A stretch of DNA of 58,768 nucleotides from a virus. Its lineage: Duplodnaviria > Caudoviricetes. The position numbers and the translations under genes were made by a program. The notes beneath the pieces were generated by a model that ran no database searches, was not told the DNA's origin, and saw only the letters and a program-made list of their open reading frames with translations. Positions 8,954 through 18,727 of the stretch are shown one piece after another; the stretch's first letter is position 1, and the number at the start of each line of letters is the position of its first letter. The stretch spans positions 1 to 58,768 of IMG/VR virus record IMGVR_UViG_3300023500_000003. One strand, given 5' to 3'.

Positions 8954-9913
8954 ATGGCACATGAAATTGATATGTCGAACGGGCGTGAAAATGTAGCATT
9001 CATCGGAGTAACACCCTGGCACGGATTGGGTGTGGCGTTGGAAAAAGATGCAGCCATCGATGTTTGGCAGAAGGAAGCAGGACTCGAGTGGGAAGCGAAG
9101 AAATCACCCGTCACCTTCGAGCATGAAAACACAACGCTCACCATGGAAAATAAGAACGTACTTTACCGTAGTGACACACATGCACCCTTAGGGATAGTTT
9201 CAGGTAGGTACCACATCGTACAACCGGCACAAGTGATGGATACGTATAAACAGCTGACAGAAGACTTCAATTGCCAGATGGAAGTAGCAGGCTCGCTCAA
9301 AGGTGGTCAGGTTATCTGGGCACTTGCTTCTACTGGACACGACTTGGAGTTAGGTGATGATAAAGTTAAGGGCTACTTGCTGTTGACAACCACGTTTGAT
9401 GGAAGCTCCTCGACAACAGCGAAATTCACATCAGTTCGTGTAGTGTGCAACAATACCCTAGAACTGAGCCTGAACAGTTCGTCAGCGTCAGATGTTCGCA
9501 TACCACACTCACGTAAGTACCAGAAAGACGAAGTGATGGGAGAGTTAGGACTTCTGGGAGACTCTTGGAAGTCGTACCACAAGCAGGTAGAGGACTTGGC
9601 CTCGACGAAAGTAGGCTTAGCTGAAGCGCAGCAGTGGTTGGTCAACACCTTTGGTGACCCTAAACTGCCACTAGAGGAACAACCAAGTGCCAGGGTCATG
9701 CGAAAAGTGATGGCGTTATATATGGGCGCCGGGTATGGCGCAACAATGGATTCTGCACGCGGTACCGCTTGGGGACTAGTGAATGCTGCTACACAGGTTG
9801 TAGACCACTCGACAACAGCTAGGACGGCAGATTCAAGGCTCTACTCTGCTTGGATGTCAGACGGGGCACGACTGAAGACTAAGGCCTTCAAGAACGCCTT
9901 GGCTATGGTGTGA
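8954..9913 (+). CDS. DUF932 / TIGR03299 phage-plasmid protein
   Basis: MAHEID..TPWHGLG..AGLEW..YRSDT..LG.VS.RY..VQP; AGSLKGG..IW; TSVRVVCNNTL; GTAWGLVNA. Confidence 0.92.
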   Translation: MAHEIDMSNGRENVAFIGVTPWHGLGVALEKDAAIDVWQKEAGLEWEAKKSPVTFEHENTTLTMENKNVLYRSDTHAPLGIVSGRYHIVQPAQVMDTYKQLTEDFNCQMEVAGSLKGGQVIWALASTGHDLELGDDKVKGYLLLTTTFDGSSSTTAKFTSVRVVCNNTLELSLNSSSASDVRIPHSRKYQKDEVMGELGLLGDSWKSYHKQVEDLASTKVGLAEAQQWLVNTFGDPKLPLEEQPSARVMRKVMALYMGAGYGATMDSARGTAWGLVNAATQVVDHSTTARTADSRLYSAWMSDGARLKTKAFKNALAMV

Positions 9914-10156
9914 CCAAGCGTCCTGCCCTATTCAAGGAACCTAGGCCTAAATTGAAGCTCTGGTGTCTAAGAAATGGAAAGAATCACGGACAATGGCAGC
10001 ATTTGGCTGTATGTACAGATTGTAGGAAACGGCTCAGGTGTAAAGAGCTACAAGGAGAGAAGCGAAAATGGCTAAAATAACGTTCAGTGTGAAGTTCATG
10101 TCTATACAAGGAGAAGGGCTGCACATCCAAATGTACGGAAACTCCTGGGGAACCTG

Positions 10157-10552
10157 ATGTCAACAGACTTTATGCCACTTGCCGCGTCAGCTACGCGCTT
10201 AGACCAGCCGTTAACACAGAAGAGTATGAAGGTAGGGCGGTTCCAATTCAACAGCGTTGTCGCGCCGTCTATCGATGACTACAGGGTGCTTCTTTGCCTT
10301 CTGCAGAACCGGGAAGGACCACGAGTGTACTTACCTTCAGCGTTCAAGGAGGGGTGCCGTGCAGCTGCCATCACCCACAGCCTTTCCGTGTATTACCACG
10401 CGACGTTGCAACTTGGTGAGTCAGACCAGAAACTGCTGCACTACCAAGTAGTCGGTGATACTGTCTTCATCTTCCTCGGCACGTGGGCAGAAGAAATATT
10501 CAAGGCAGAGTCATTATCCTTCAGGAAGGGAAAGCATGTCGGTGCTCCTTGA
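10157..10552 (+). CDS. hypothetical protein
   Basis: ORF track; operon context. Confidence 0.55.
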   Translation: MSTDFMPLAASATRLDQPLTQKSMKVGRFQFNSVVAPSIDDYRVLLCLLQNREGPRVYLPSAFKEGCRAAAITHSLSVYYHATLQLGESDQKLLHYQVVGDTVFIFLGTWAEEIFKAESLSFRKGKHVGAP

Positions 10553-11024
10553 CACACTTTCAGGGCTACAAAATCTCCGACCTTCAGAACTCGACCAAGT
10601 ATCTAGGGCTGTAGATACACTCCTCAAGACGAAGGCAAGACAAGAGCCTGCTACAGAACTGTATGCGCTCCTTGTTCTTGTATCAAAAGCGTTGGGAGTA
10701 GAGTTTCCTCCATACCACAGGCTGAAGCCAGAAGCAAAAACCGAGGCGCGGAAAGCTGCAAAAGCACTGGACCTGTTCCTAGCGCCGTACAGACTCACAA
10801 AAATAGAAAAAGTCAACGCGCTCCAACTTATATGCAGGACAGCTATCAACAACATCCTAAGTTATCGTGGACAAGTGTATGCTTCTTCAGTGATTAGAAC
10901 ACTCAAGTCCCCTGCTGCTATTTTGTCAACACAGTTTCCTGGCTACACAGAGTTAGGACTATTGCACTTGGTCTTCAAAAGGAAGGCAAGGGTCGCGCGG
11001 ATACGACCAAGAATCGTGATATAG
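10536..11024 (+). CDS. hypothetical basic protein
   Basis: GGAAGGG RBS, ATG at 10536; overlaps previous ORF. Confidence 0.65.
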   Translation: MSVLLDTLSGLQNLRPSELDQVSRAVDTLLKTKARQEPATELYALLVLVSKALGVEFPPYHRLKPEAKTEARKAAKALDLFLAPYRLTKIEKVNALQLICRTAINNILSYRGQVYASSVIRTLKSPAAILSTQFPGYTELGLLHLVFKRKARVARIRPRIVI

Positions 11025-11034
11025 GAGGTTATAG

Positions 11035-11853
11035 GTGCTAGTAAAACAATTCATTGCCGTGGACTACAGTAACGTGTTCATGCGGGGATTCTACGGGTCC
11101 CGAAGAACAACCGAGGAAGGTGTGCCTATAGGTGGTGTTGAAGCTGTGTTGAAGTCAGTCTCCTCACACATGATCAAGTACAGGACCTCGAAAATAGTGG
11201 TTTGCATGGATACGCCGCCCTACGACAGAAAGAAGAAATACAGCAACTATAAAAGTGACAGGAAGCCCATGGAGCCCGAGCTGTTAGCAAACCTGCAAGA
11301 CTCGAAGAAGATAGGGGACGTCATGCTAAAGATGCTAGGCATTCCAGTGTGGTCGGTAGCAGGGATGGAAGGGGACGACTTACTTGCTGCTTATGCTAAG
11401 AAACACAGAAAGAAGCCACACAAGCGTGTGATCCTCGTAGCAACAGATGACGACCTATATCAGTGTTTGCATCCCAGAGTCCTGCTTTCAACAAAAAATG
11501 GCACATTTACCTTGAGCAGCTTCAAAGCCTTACACCCAGAGCTTGATCCCCATGACTGGCCATTAAGGACAGCATTTGTGGGGAGCCATAACGGCGTCCC
11601 GGGTGTCAAAGGAATCGGACCTGTTGGCGCTAAGAAGTTATTCCTTGATGAAGTATTGCTACAGAAGGCGTATGCTATACATAAGAAGGACGTCGACATG
11701 TACCAGGACCTGGCGGTGCTACCTTTTACTAAAATCAAGGTTCCTGCTTTTGTATGGGGAACAGGATACAATGAAAGAAAATTCACAACCTGGTGTGATA
11801 GTTTAGGTGTTTATGTAGACAATCAAATCTTGTCTGCATTCAGAGGAGTTTAA
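11035..11853 (+). CDS. 5'-3' exonuclease / flap endonuclease (T4 RNase H, T5 D15 family)
   Basis: VDYSN, R.K.Y.NYK.DR, EGDDLLA, DDDLYQ, H3TH motif VPGVKGIGPVGAKK. Confidence 0.9.
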   Translation: MLVKQFIAVDYSNVFMRGFYGSRRTTEEGVPIGGVEAVLKSVSSHMIKYRTSKIVVCMDTPPYDRKKKYSNYKSDRKPMEPELLANLQDSKKIGDVMLKMLGIPVWSVAGMEGDDLLAAYAKKHRKKPHKRVILVATDDDLYQCLHPRVLLSTKNGTFTLSSFKALHPELDPHDWPLRTAFVGSHNGVPGVKGIGPVGAKKLFLDEVLLQKAYAIHKKDVDMYQDLAVLPFTKIKVPAFVWGTGYNERKFTTWCDSLGVYVDNQILSAFRGV

Positions 11854-13263
11854 GTGTCAAGGGGAAAACTTTCGAGAGCGGTACAGGAGAACATTCTAGC
11901 CTTAGTATGTTTTCACACAAAAGAAGCAATGATCCTGCGTGGGCTTGTTGATCCAGGGCTGTTCGACATGCGTCCCTACCGACAGATCTGCACGGTAGCG
12001 TACGCGTACTTGGACAGGTACAAGCAGGCCGCGGGTCCTCACATTTATGACGAGCTTGAGGATCTTATTGACGGGAAGGACAGGGAGAAGGCGCAAGCGT
12101 ACACCGAAATCCTTGAGTCTCTCGACGACTTCAAGGACAGTGTGAATGCTGAGTATGTCCTGACACAAGTGCGTGAGTTCGTCCGAAAGCAGCGCATGAA
12201 ACAAGGAATACTCGCTGCTGCTGATCTTTTACAAGAAGATGACTTAGACGGAGCAGAAGCTGTAATTCATGAACATCTCAAGCAGTCGGTTGACCTATTC
12301 GACCCGGGCATTGATCTAAGCTCTGAAAAGGATGTCAGCACGTTACTAGCACACGACGACCAAGACGAGATCTTTCCTACAGGTATAGAGGCTCTTGACC
12401 AGCTGAAAGTAGGACCAGAACGTGGTACACTCTATATACACTTAGGCATCGCCAACTCAGGGAAAAGTTTCGCACTAGGAGCGATAGGCAAGGCCTGCGC
12501 CCTAGCTCGATATAATGTCATTCATATTACACTTGAAATGTCTGAGAAGAAGGTAGCTCGTAGGTACATGCAGGCCTTCCATTCTCTCACGAAGGCGCAA
12601 GCTGAGAAAGTGCAAGTATCTATGCTCAACACATCCGATGGTGTACTGTTGGATATCACCACCGAGGAAATAGAGAGGCCAGGACTCTTTGAAAAGAAGA
12701 GAACAAAGAAACTAGTAGAAAAACACCTGAAGCTTCGAAACACACGGATCACGATAAAACAATTCCCTACAGGAGCAATGACTGTTCCCATGCTCAAGTC
12801 ATACCTCGACGCATACGAAGCGAATACAGGGAAACTGACAGAAGTGGTGATCCTAGATTACGCCGATCTGATGCAATTGAGTCCGCAGAACCTCAGAGTA
12901 GAAACAGGTGCACTATACAAGGAGCTTCGTGGTATCGCTGTTGAGCGTGACATTGCAATGGTTACAGCATCACAGAGTAACAGGTCTTCAAGTTCTGCTC
13001 GAGTTGTTACGATGGAACACCTGTCGGAGGACTTTTCGAAAGCGATGACAGCAGACACTATTGTCTCCTACACGGCTACAACAGAGGAGAAGAGGCTAGG
13101 ACTCGCGAGGCTATTCTTGGCGAAGGTCAGGGATTCTGCAGGCGCTGGTGTCACATCTATCTTGATGACCCAGGCTTATGGTATAGGGCAGTTCTGCTTG
13201 GACTCGATGCGACTGCCGTCAAACTATGCAGAAGTACTTGAAGCTGAAGATGAAGATGAATGA
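11854..13263 (+). CDS. dnaB: DnaB-like replicative helicase
   Basis: PTGIEALD, GIANSGKS, ITLEMSE, LDYADLM, TASQSNR. Confidence 0.9.
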   Translation: MSRGKLSRAVQENILALVCFHTKEAMILRGLVDPGLFDMRPYRQICTVAYAYLDRYKQAAGPHIYDELEDLIDGKDREKAQAYTEILESLDDFKDSVNAEYVLTQVREFVRKQRMKQGILAAADLLQEDDLDGAEAVIHEHLKQSVDLFDPGIDLSSEKDVSTLLAHDDQDEIFPTGIEALDQLKVGPERGTLYIHLGIANSGKSFALGAIGKACALARYNVIHITLEMSEKKVARRYMQAFHSLTKAQAEKVQVSMLNTSDGVLLDITTEEIERPGLFEKKRTKKLVEKHLKLRNTRITIKQFPTGAMTVPMLKSYLDAYEANTGKLTEVVILDYADLMQLSPQNLRVETGALYKELRGIAVERDIAMVTASQSNRSSSSARVVTMEHLSEDFSKAMTADTIVSYTATTEEKRLGLARLFLAKVRDSAGAGVTSILMTQAYGIGQFCLDSMRLPSNYAEVLEAEDEDE

Positions 13264-14728
13264 CTACTCGGAGCTGAAGCTTGTTCCTAGGTGGGAGCTT
13301 CTTGAAGAACTGAAGTCCATCTGCCCTAGCATCAAGTTCGCGGTACGTCCACGCACACTCCAGTTAGTGTCGCTGATAGCAACGCTCCTAGAGGATGAGT
13401 ACACACTGCTCCTAGATATGGGGCTAGGCAAGAGCATGTGCGCCCTGGTTACTGCCCAAGCACGTAGGGACATGAATGATGTGCGCAGAATCCTTGTCAT
13501 GGTTCCTAACGAAACAAACATTCACGGCTGGGGAGATGAGGTTACAAAGTTCACAGACTTTTCATCATGTCTTATGAACGGTTCAACCAAAGCAAGGGAG
13601 AAGATGCTCGCAGCGAAAGACAAGGATATCTACATTTTGAACTATCAAGCACTGCCTTGGCTTCTTGGGAAGAAACAGAAAGTCAGAGGAAAGATGACAA
13701 CTGTTGTTGATGAAGCACGCTGTAAAGCATTCGGAGCCATCTTTGACATGGTCGTATTCGACGAGTCGCAAAAACTAAAGAACCCCGAAGCAGTGACAAC
13801 AAGGATTGCTGCAGAGTTTTCACAGTACATTACATACAGATACAGCATGACAGGCACACCTTTCAATCACCCCATTGATCTGTGGTCCCAGTTTTACATC
13901 ATCGACAGGGGTGCTGCTTTTGGTGCGTCCTTTACACAGTTTAAGCGGGAGTACTTTAACGCCTCGCAGGACTACTGGGGAACCTGGACGTACACGTTAA
14001 AGCCGGGAGCAGAGCAGAGACTGCAGGATGTACTACAGCGACACGCACTGCGATACGAGGCGTCTGAATGCACGGACCTCCCCGAGAGCACAACAGTCCA
14101 CGTGCCTTTGGGGTTCGCGGCAGCACAAGGATCAGCATACAAGAAAGCCATGAAAGGTATTATCGAAGCGGGAGGAAAGCAACTGAACGTGGAATCTGCA
14201 TACACACGTCTGCGTCAAATTTCCTCAGGGTTCATCGACATCAAGTCCAAGACTGATCCCGCACTCGAGGTATACCCCAAGAATCCTAAGATTGAGTGGC
14301 TAGTCGAGATGCTGCAAGACGTTCCTGACGGTCGCAAAGTTGTTGTATTTCACACTTTCATAAGGGCGGGAGAACTGATTTGCGCTGCCCTCAAGAAGGC
14401 TAAGATAGAACACGTGAGCTTGAATGCTGATGCTGCGGCTGTTGGGAAATTCACGCAGTCGAAAACGTGTAGGGTTCTTGTCACCAATGTAGACCGTGGA
14501 GGCACAGGACTTAACCTGCAGGCAGCTAACTATACTGTATTTTTCGAACAGCCAACAAGCGCAATGACCAAGAAGCAAGCGGAAAAGAGGACACACAGAG
14601 GTGGGCAAACACGGAGTTGTTTCCAGTATGAATTGTACATGAGGGAATCTATTGAAGTAAAAGTGATAAAAGGGCTGGAAGATGGCAGGGACTTGATAGA
14701 CATGATCGTGGACGGGTCACTCGAGTGA
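13256..14728 (+). CDS. SNF2-family helicase
   Basis: DMGLGKS, FDESQKLKN, MTGTP, DLWSQ, GGTGLNLQ, QAEKRTHRGGQ. Confidence 0.9.
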   Translation: MNDYSELKLVPRWELLEELKSICPSIKFAVRPRTLQLVSLIATLLEDEYTLLLDMGLGKSMCALVTAQARRDMNDVRRILVMVPNETNIHGWGDEVTKFTDFSSCLMNGSTKAREKMLAAKDKDIYILNYQALPWLLGKKQKVRGKMTTVVDEARCKAFGAIFDMVVFDESQKLKNPEAVTTRIAAEFSQYITYRYSMTGTPFNHPIDLWSQFYIIDRGAAFGASFTQFKREYFNASQDYWGTWTYTLKPGAEQRLQDVLQRHALRYEASECTDLPESTTVHVPLGFAAAQGSAYKKAMKGIIEAGGKQLNVESAYTRLRQISSGFIDIKSKTDPALEVYPKNPKIEWLVEMLQDVPDGRKVVVFHTFIRAGELICAALKKAKIEHVSLNADAAAVGKFTQSKTCRVLVTNVDRGGTGLNLQAANYTVFFEQPTSAMTKKQAEKRTHRGGQTRSCFQYELYMRESIEVKVIKGLEDGRDLIDMIVDGSLE

Positions 14729-15729
14729 CGCCCCGTACATTCCCGTGGGTACGCTTCCTGACCCAGCATGGTGTTCCTTTCACCGAGTCAGGCCCTCATG
14801 TTGTGAAAGGGAATATTGCTGTAAACTGTCCCTTCTGCGCGGATGACGATAAGTACCACCTGGGGATAGCACTTGATAAAGATGCATGGGGATGTTGGCG
14901 GTCAGGTACACACAGAGGCAGATCCCCATTACTGCTAGTCAAAGCGTTGCTGCGCGCAACCACCCAAGACGCTAAGAGCATTGTCGCAGAAGCAACAGGT
15001 GTAACTCTTGAGAGCTTCAGCAGTTTGAGAATGCTGTTGAACGACACAATGGAAGCTGACGCAGAATCCGAGGACATCGTAACTACAATGCCTGTTGAGT
15101 TCGAGGTAATCAAACCATTCAACAGGCACAAGCCCTGCACCGACTACCTAAGGAAGAGAGGATTCTCCGACGCTGTAGAAGCAGCTGACTATTACAACTT
15201 GCGGTACGCTACAAAGGGGTATTGGCGCGGGCGCATAGTGTTCCCTATTGTGTCTGTAGAGCAGGAAGTAGTAACGTGGACTGCAAGACACTTAGGGAAC
15301 TCGGAGTACCGCTACTTATCTCTATCCCAAGATGAAAACAAAAGTGGGTCGCAGGCATCAAAGAATATCAAGGACGTATTGTGGAATGAGGACCTCCTGG
15401 CACAAGGTGGCGATGTTCTTGTTGTCACAGAAGGGCCTTTTGATGCGATGAAAGTTGACTGGTATGCAAAGGACCTCGGCGTTATATGTACTTGCATGTT
15501 TGGAAAGACGCCCACAGAGAACCAACTGCACCTGCTGAAAAAAATATCCGTAGGGTTCGACAAGATTGTATTCGTGCTTGATGAAGGAACGGGAATGGAG
15601 TCGCTGGGACTTTCGTTCTCACTTCCAAATGCTGTATTCCTTCCTGTTCCTTACAACTGTGACGACCTAGGAGATCTTACTGCAGGGCAAGTTGTTTCCT
15701 GGGTGCAAAGAAAGGTGCTAAAGGATTAG
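14725..15729 (+). CDS. dnaG: DNA primase (Zn-binding + TOPRIM)
   Basis: CPFC...H..WGCW; YLRKRG; RIVFP; VTEGPFDA; LDE. Confidence 0.85.
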   Translation: MTPRTFPWVRFLTQHGVPFTESGPHVVKGNIAVNCPFCADDDKYHLGIALDKDAWGCWRSGTHRGRSPLLLVKALLRATTQDAKSIVAEATGVTLESFSSLRMLLNDTMEADAESEDIVTTMPVEFEVIKPFNRHKPCTDYLRKRGFSDAVEAADYYNLRYATKGYWRGRIVFPIVSVEQEVVTWTARHLGNSEYRYLSLSQDENKSGSQASKNIKDVLWNEDLLAQGGDVLVVTEGPFDAMKVDWYAKDLGVICTCMFGKTPTENQLHLLKKISVGFDKIVFVLDEGTGMESLGLSFSLPNAVFLPVPYNCDDLGDLTAGQVVSWVQRKVLKD

Positions 15730-15839
15730 AGGATGCACAAAATAGAATTGGTAGCATCCTCAGATACGTAGTAAGCGTTCCTCACACAACACCGAGAATC
15801 GTCAACATGGCACAAAGTGTACGGCCTGTTCAAATGAAG

Positions 15840-15922
15840 TACTTGATATCTTCAAGTATATATGCATAATACGGCCTTGTAGAAGGTGAGAGTTCTACAA
15901 ACCAAAACTAGAGGAGGCACAA
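15840..15922 (+). promoter_or_regulatory. 83-bp promoter/hairpin/RBS cassette, copy 1
   Basis: TTGATA-N16-CATAAT; TACTTGA/TCAAGTA inverted repeat; TTGTAGAA-N8-TTCTACAA hairpin; GAGGAGG; identical to 16220-16302. Confidence 0.85.
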
Positions 15923-15923
15923 A

Positions 15924-16130
15924 ATGAACAGAACAATAATAATAAAGAACGCTAAAGAACGGGCAAACTCGCTGTGCATGACCTTGCACTACACGGGCAG
16001 CACTGTGGGATGGATGCTGCAAGACAATAAGATATCAAGGGGCGTAGTGATTGGTCGCACGTTTAAAGACATCGACTACGCTGTTGAAGAATTGATGTTT
16101 AACAGGAAATTAAGAGGAGTGACAACATGA
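15924..16130 (+). CDS. hypothetical protein
   Basis: directly follows cassette RBS. Confidence 0.7.
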   Translation: MNRTIIIKNAKERANSLCMTLHYTGSTVGWMLQDNKISRGVVIGRTFKDIDYAVEELMFNRKLRGVTT

Positions 16131-16219
16131 ATATAGTAAGAGAGTCACTACCTGGTGCTTAACAGAGGAAGGCATCTCTGCCTTCACAGCAAACAACTAA
16201 CCATTACATCTTTGACTAA

Positions 16220-16318
16220 TACTTGATATCTTCAAGTATATATGCATAATACGGCCTTGTAGAAGGTGAGAGTTCTACAAACCAAAACTAGAGGAGGCAC
16301 AAGATGCCACAATTCACG
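16220..16318 (+). promoter_or_regulatory. promoter cassette, copy 2
   Basis: identical to copy 1 over 83 bp; 16222-16318 identical to 35059-35155. Confidence 0.85.
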
Positions 16319-16867
16319 CCACAATTCGACGAAGGACTTCAAGGGTATGCTTGGAAGCAAGCGTATAAGAATCATTGGAAGGTCCGCAACACGCATGAAG
16401 TAGAAGACTTATTTCAAGAATACAGCCTGGTATTTGTTGACGCTGTTCACAGGTACAAAGAAAAAGCAACTAACCAACAGCATTTCATGGCTTTGTATAA
16501 AGCCTGCATCTTTACGCACACAGTGGACTTGGCAAGAGTCGCAACAAAAGAAGGTACGGCTATAACAGAATCTGATTTGCATGACGCCGAAGGAGAAGCT
16601 GTAAACTTGTATGACTCTGCAGTAGGTGAAGCCGACAATGTCGGAGAATTCTTGCATTACTTAACACAGGCTCCTGAAAATGTAAAGCGTGTGCTGGACT
16701 ACGTGTTTGGTACACCTGCTGCAGCGCTACTTGACGCTGAGGTGGCGTGGAAGGCTAAAGGTCGGAAAAAGGTCATGGGCAACACGTACCTCTGTCATCA
16801 ACTTGGAATCAAGGACCCCTATACAATAAATGTAGAACAAGAAACTAGGAAGTTCCTAACAGCCTAA
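16304..16867 (+). CDS. putative sigma-70-like (ECF-type region 2) factor
   Basis: EVEDLFQE..LVFVDAVHRY......F..LYK.CI....VDLAR resembles sigma region 2; region 4 HTH is weak (TYLCHQLGI). Confidence 0.5.
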   Translation: MPQFTPQFDEGLQGYAWKQAYKNHWKVRNTHEVEDLFQEYSLVFVDAVHRYKEKATNQQHFMALYKACIFTHTVDLARVATKEGTAITESDLHDAEGEAVNLYDSAVGEADNVGEFLHYLTQAPENVKRVLDYVFGTPAAALLDAEVAWKAKGRKKVMGNTYLCHQLGIKDPYTINVEQETRKFLTA

Positions 16868-16890
16868 GAATCACTAGTTACACAGTATGT
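16868..16890 (+). promoter_or_regulatory. phage promoter-like motif
   Basis: GAATC-ACTAGTTACAC-AGTATGT, upstream of clamp/polymerase operon. Confidence 0.6.
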
Positions 16891-17128
16891 AGTGTTAACT
16901 GCAACCACAACGTAGTTTCTATTTGTCTACACGTGGACAAGTACAACAAACTAAACTTAAAGAACCAATCGGCAACTTGTGTCGATAACAGACATGGAGA
17001 GAAGGTAAGTCTGGGTATTACAATCAATGATTTTATCACTCAGCACATCTCGATGAAGTGTCAAAATGTTGCGCTGATCGCGTGATATGAGAAGTGTATG
17101 AATTTCAAGTAGAAGCAAAAGGAGAAGA

Positions 17129-17656
17129 ATGATGGACATCAAAAAATTAAAAGAGCTAGCAGCAGAACTTTCACCCCGCGACTTAGCATTTCGGATTGAG
17201 GCCGCATCGGATGAAGACTACTACAACCTCCCAAAGTATGCAGTCGCCTGGTATGAAGACGCAGTGCTCAGCTTGAACGCAGGCACTGCCGTAACGCCGT
17301 TCAAGATGCCGGAAGAATCGAAGAAAGCACCAGAAGCGAAGAAGAAGGCCGTTAAAAAGTCTGCACCAGAAGCGAAGAAGAAGGTCGCTAAAAAGTCTGC
17401 GCCAGAAAAGAAGAAGGCACCGGAAAAAGCAACAAAGACTGCAGAAGTGGCAAGTCCCAAATTGTCTGCAAACGATCAACTTCGACTGCATGTATTGCAA
17501 GAAGGACTGTCTTGTACAAAGCAAGATGCGCTAGACTTCGCGGAATCAGAAGATATGGGATTCAAAGGAAAAGGTGCTGTTTACGCTTGGGAGGAAGCAA
17601 TGCGCTTTAACAAGATGCTAGGCAGAGCGAATGTCACGGTGACCTTCAATGAGTAA
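17129..17656 (+). CDS. hypothetical protein with Lys/Ala/Pro-rich (H1-like) linker
   Basis: repeats KKAPEAKKKAVKKSAPEAKKKVAKKSAPEKKK; AAGGAG RBS. Confidence 0.7.
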   Translation: MMDIKKLKELAAELSPRDLAFRIEAASDEDYYNLPKYAVAWYEDAVLSLNAGTAVTPFKMPEESKKAPEAKKKAVKKSAPEAKKKVAKKSAPEKKKAPEKATKTAEVASPKLSANDQLRLHVLQEGLSCTKQDALDFAESEDMGFKGKGAVYAWEEAMRFNKMLGRANVTVTFNE

Positions 17657-18725
17657 GACATCAATCACAGCTAAACGTGTGACCACATCAGAAATAACTA
17701 CAGCACTGCAAATTGTAGCACATGGCGTAGCCAAAACCGACTTTATACCTGCCTTCCAGAATATCCTTTTCGAAAAAGGAAGAGCTACAGGGTATTGTGG
17801 TTCATTAGGCGTTACCGTCAACATCCACCTCGCGGACGATTGCTTAGCTTCTGGTGAGCTCACTACTAAGATATTCAACTCATTTAAGGGAGCTACAGTT
17901 GCTATTGAAAAGAAGAAAGACGGACTACAACTAACATCTGCAAAGTCCTCTATCAAGCTTCCCATTCAGCCTGTAGAAGACTTCGCGATCAATCGTCCTG
18001 ACATCACAGCAGGAAGTAAATTGCAAGTTAGTAAAAAATTGATTGCAGGGATCAAGGGAGGACTTGTTGTAGCTAGTACTGACGCTACATACCCTAAATT
18101 GATGGGTGTGGCGCTGATAGCCACTGATGGAAAACTAGGTGTGTATGCGTCGGATAATTATGCCTTGTCTGTCGCAGAAGGAGGTATCTCTTATGATGGT
18201 CCGCAGATTGTACTTAGTACCGCCTTCTGTACAGCCTTAATTCAAGCTGTAGATGCGTACGACTCGGAACTTGAAGGTACGTATATTTACGTCAGTGAAG
18301 AAGCTGTGACAGCTACAGTGACCGACAAGGTAGAGCTATTCGCACAGCCTGTACCTACTGATACGCTGCCTGACTACGTGGGCGTGGCTTCAAGCCTCGT
18401 GCCGAATGAAAATGAGTTCACTACCCCTGACCCTGTTTTTGCTGACGCAATTAAACGCGCCTGTTTATTCCATGAGCTTGGTGTCACGCTCGCAATGTCG
18501 CTGTCTGTTGAAAAGAACGAACTTTTCTGTAGCACGGAAACAACCCGAGGGCAAGCGCATGAAACTTTGCCGTTCAAATCGGAAGATGTTGCCATTGCAG
18601 TTGACCCGAATCGTCTGCTTACTGTGTTCAACGACGGCGACGGTATTTACCTCTGTAGCAATAATGCAGTCGTAGTACGCAGCCCATCAGGACACGTGTA
18701 TGCATTAGCAGCCATAAGTATTTAA
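17649..18725 (+). CDS. dnaN: DNA polymerase sliding clamp (beta/DnaN-like)
   Basis: 358 aa; IPAFQNIL, STDATYPKLMGV, ASDNYALS, PDY, F.DAIKRA follow the DnaN three-domain pattern. Confidence 0.75.
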   Translation: MSKTSITAKRVTTSEITTALQIVAHGVAKTDFIPAFQNILFEKGRATGYCGSLGVTVNIHLADDCLASGELTTKIFNSFKGATVAIEKKKDGLQLTSAKSSIKLPIQPVEDFAINRPDITAGSKLQVSKKLIAGIKGGLVVASTDATYPKLMGVALIATDGKLGVYASDNYALSVAEGGISYDGPQIVLSTAFCTALIQAVDAYDSELEGTYIYVSEEAVTATVTDKVELFAQPVPTDTLPDYVGVASSLVPNENEFTTPDPVFADAIKRACLFHELGVTLAMSLSVEKNELFCSTETTRGQAHETLPFKSEDVAIAVDPNRLLTVFNDGDGIYLCSNNAVVVRSPSGHVYALAAISI

Positions 18726-18727
18726 AG

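Noticed and set aside
15840-16318. Long identical repeats as a CRISPR array
   Set aside because: Units are 83 bp or longer, 380 bp to 19 kb apart, contain a promoter and RBS, and no cas genes are present
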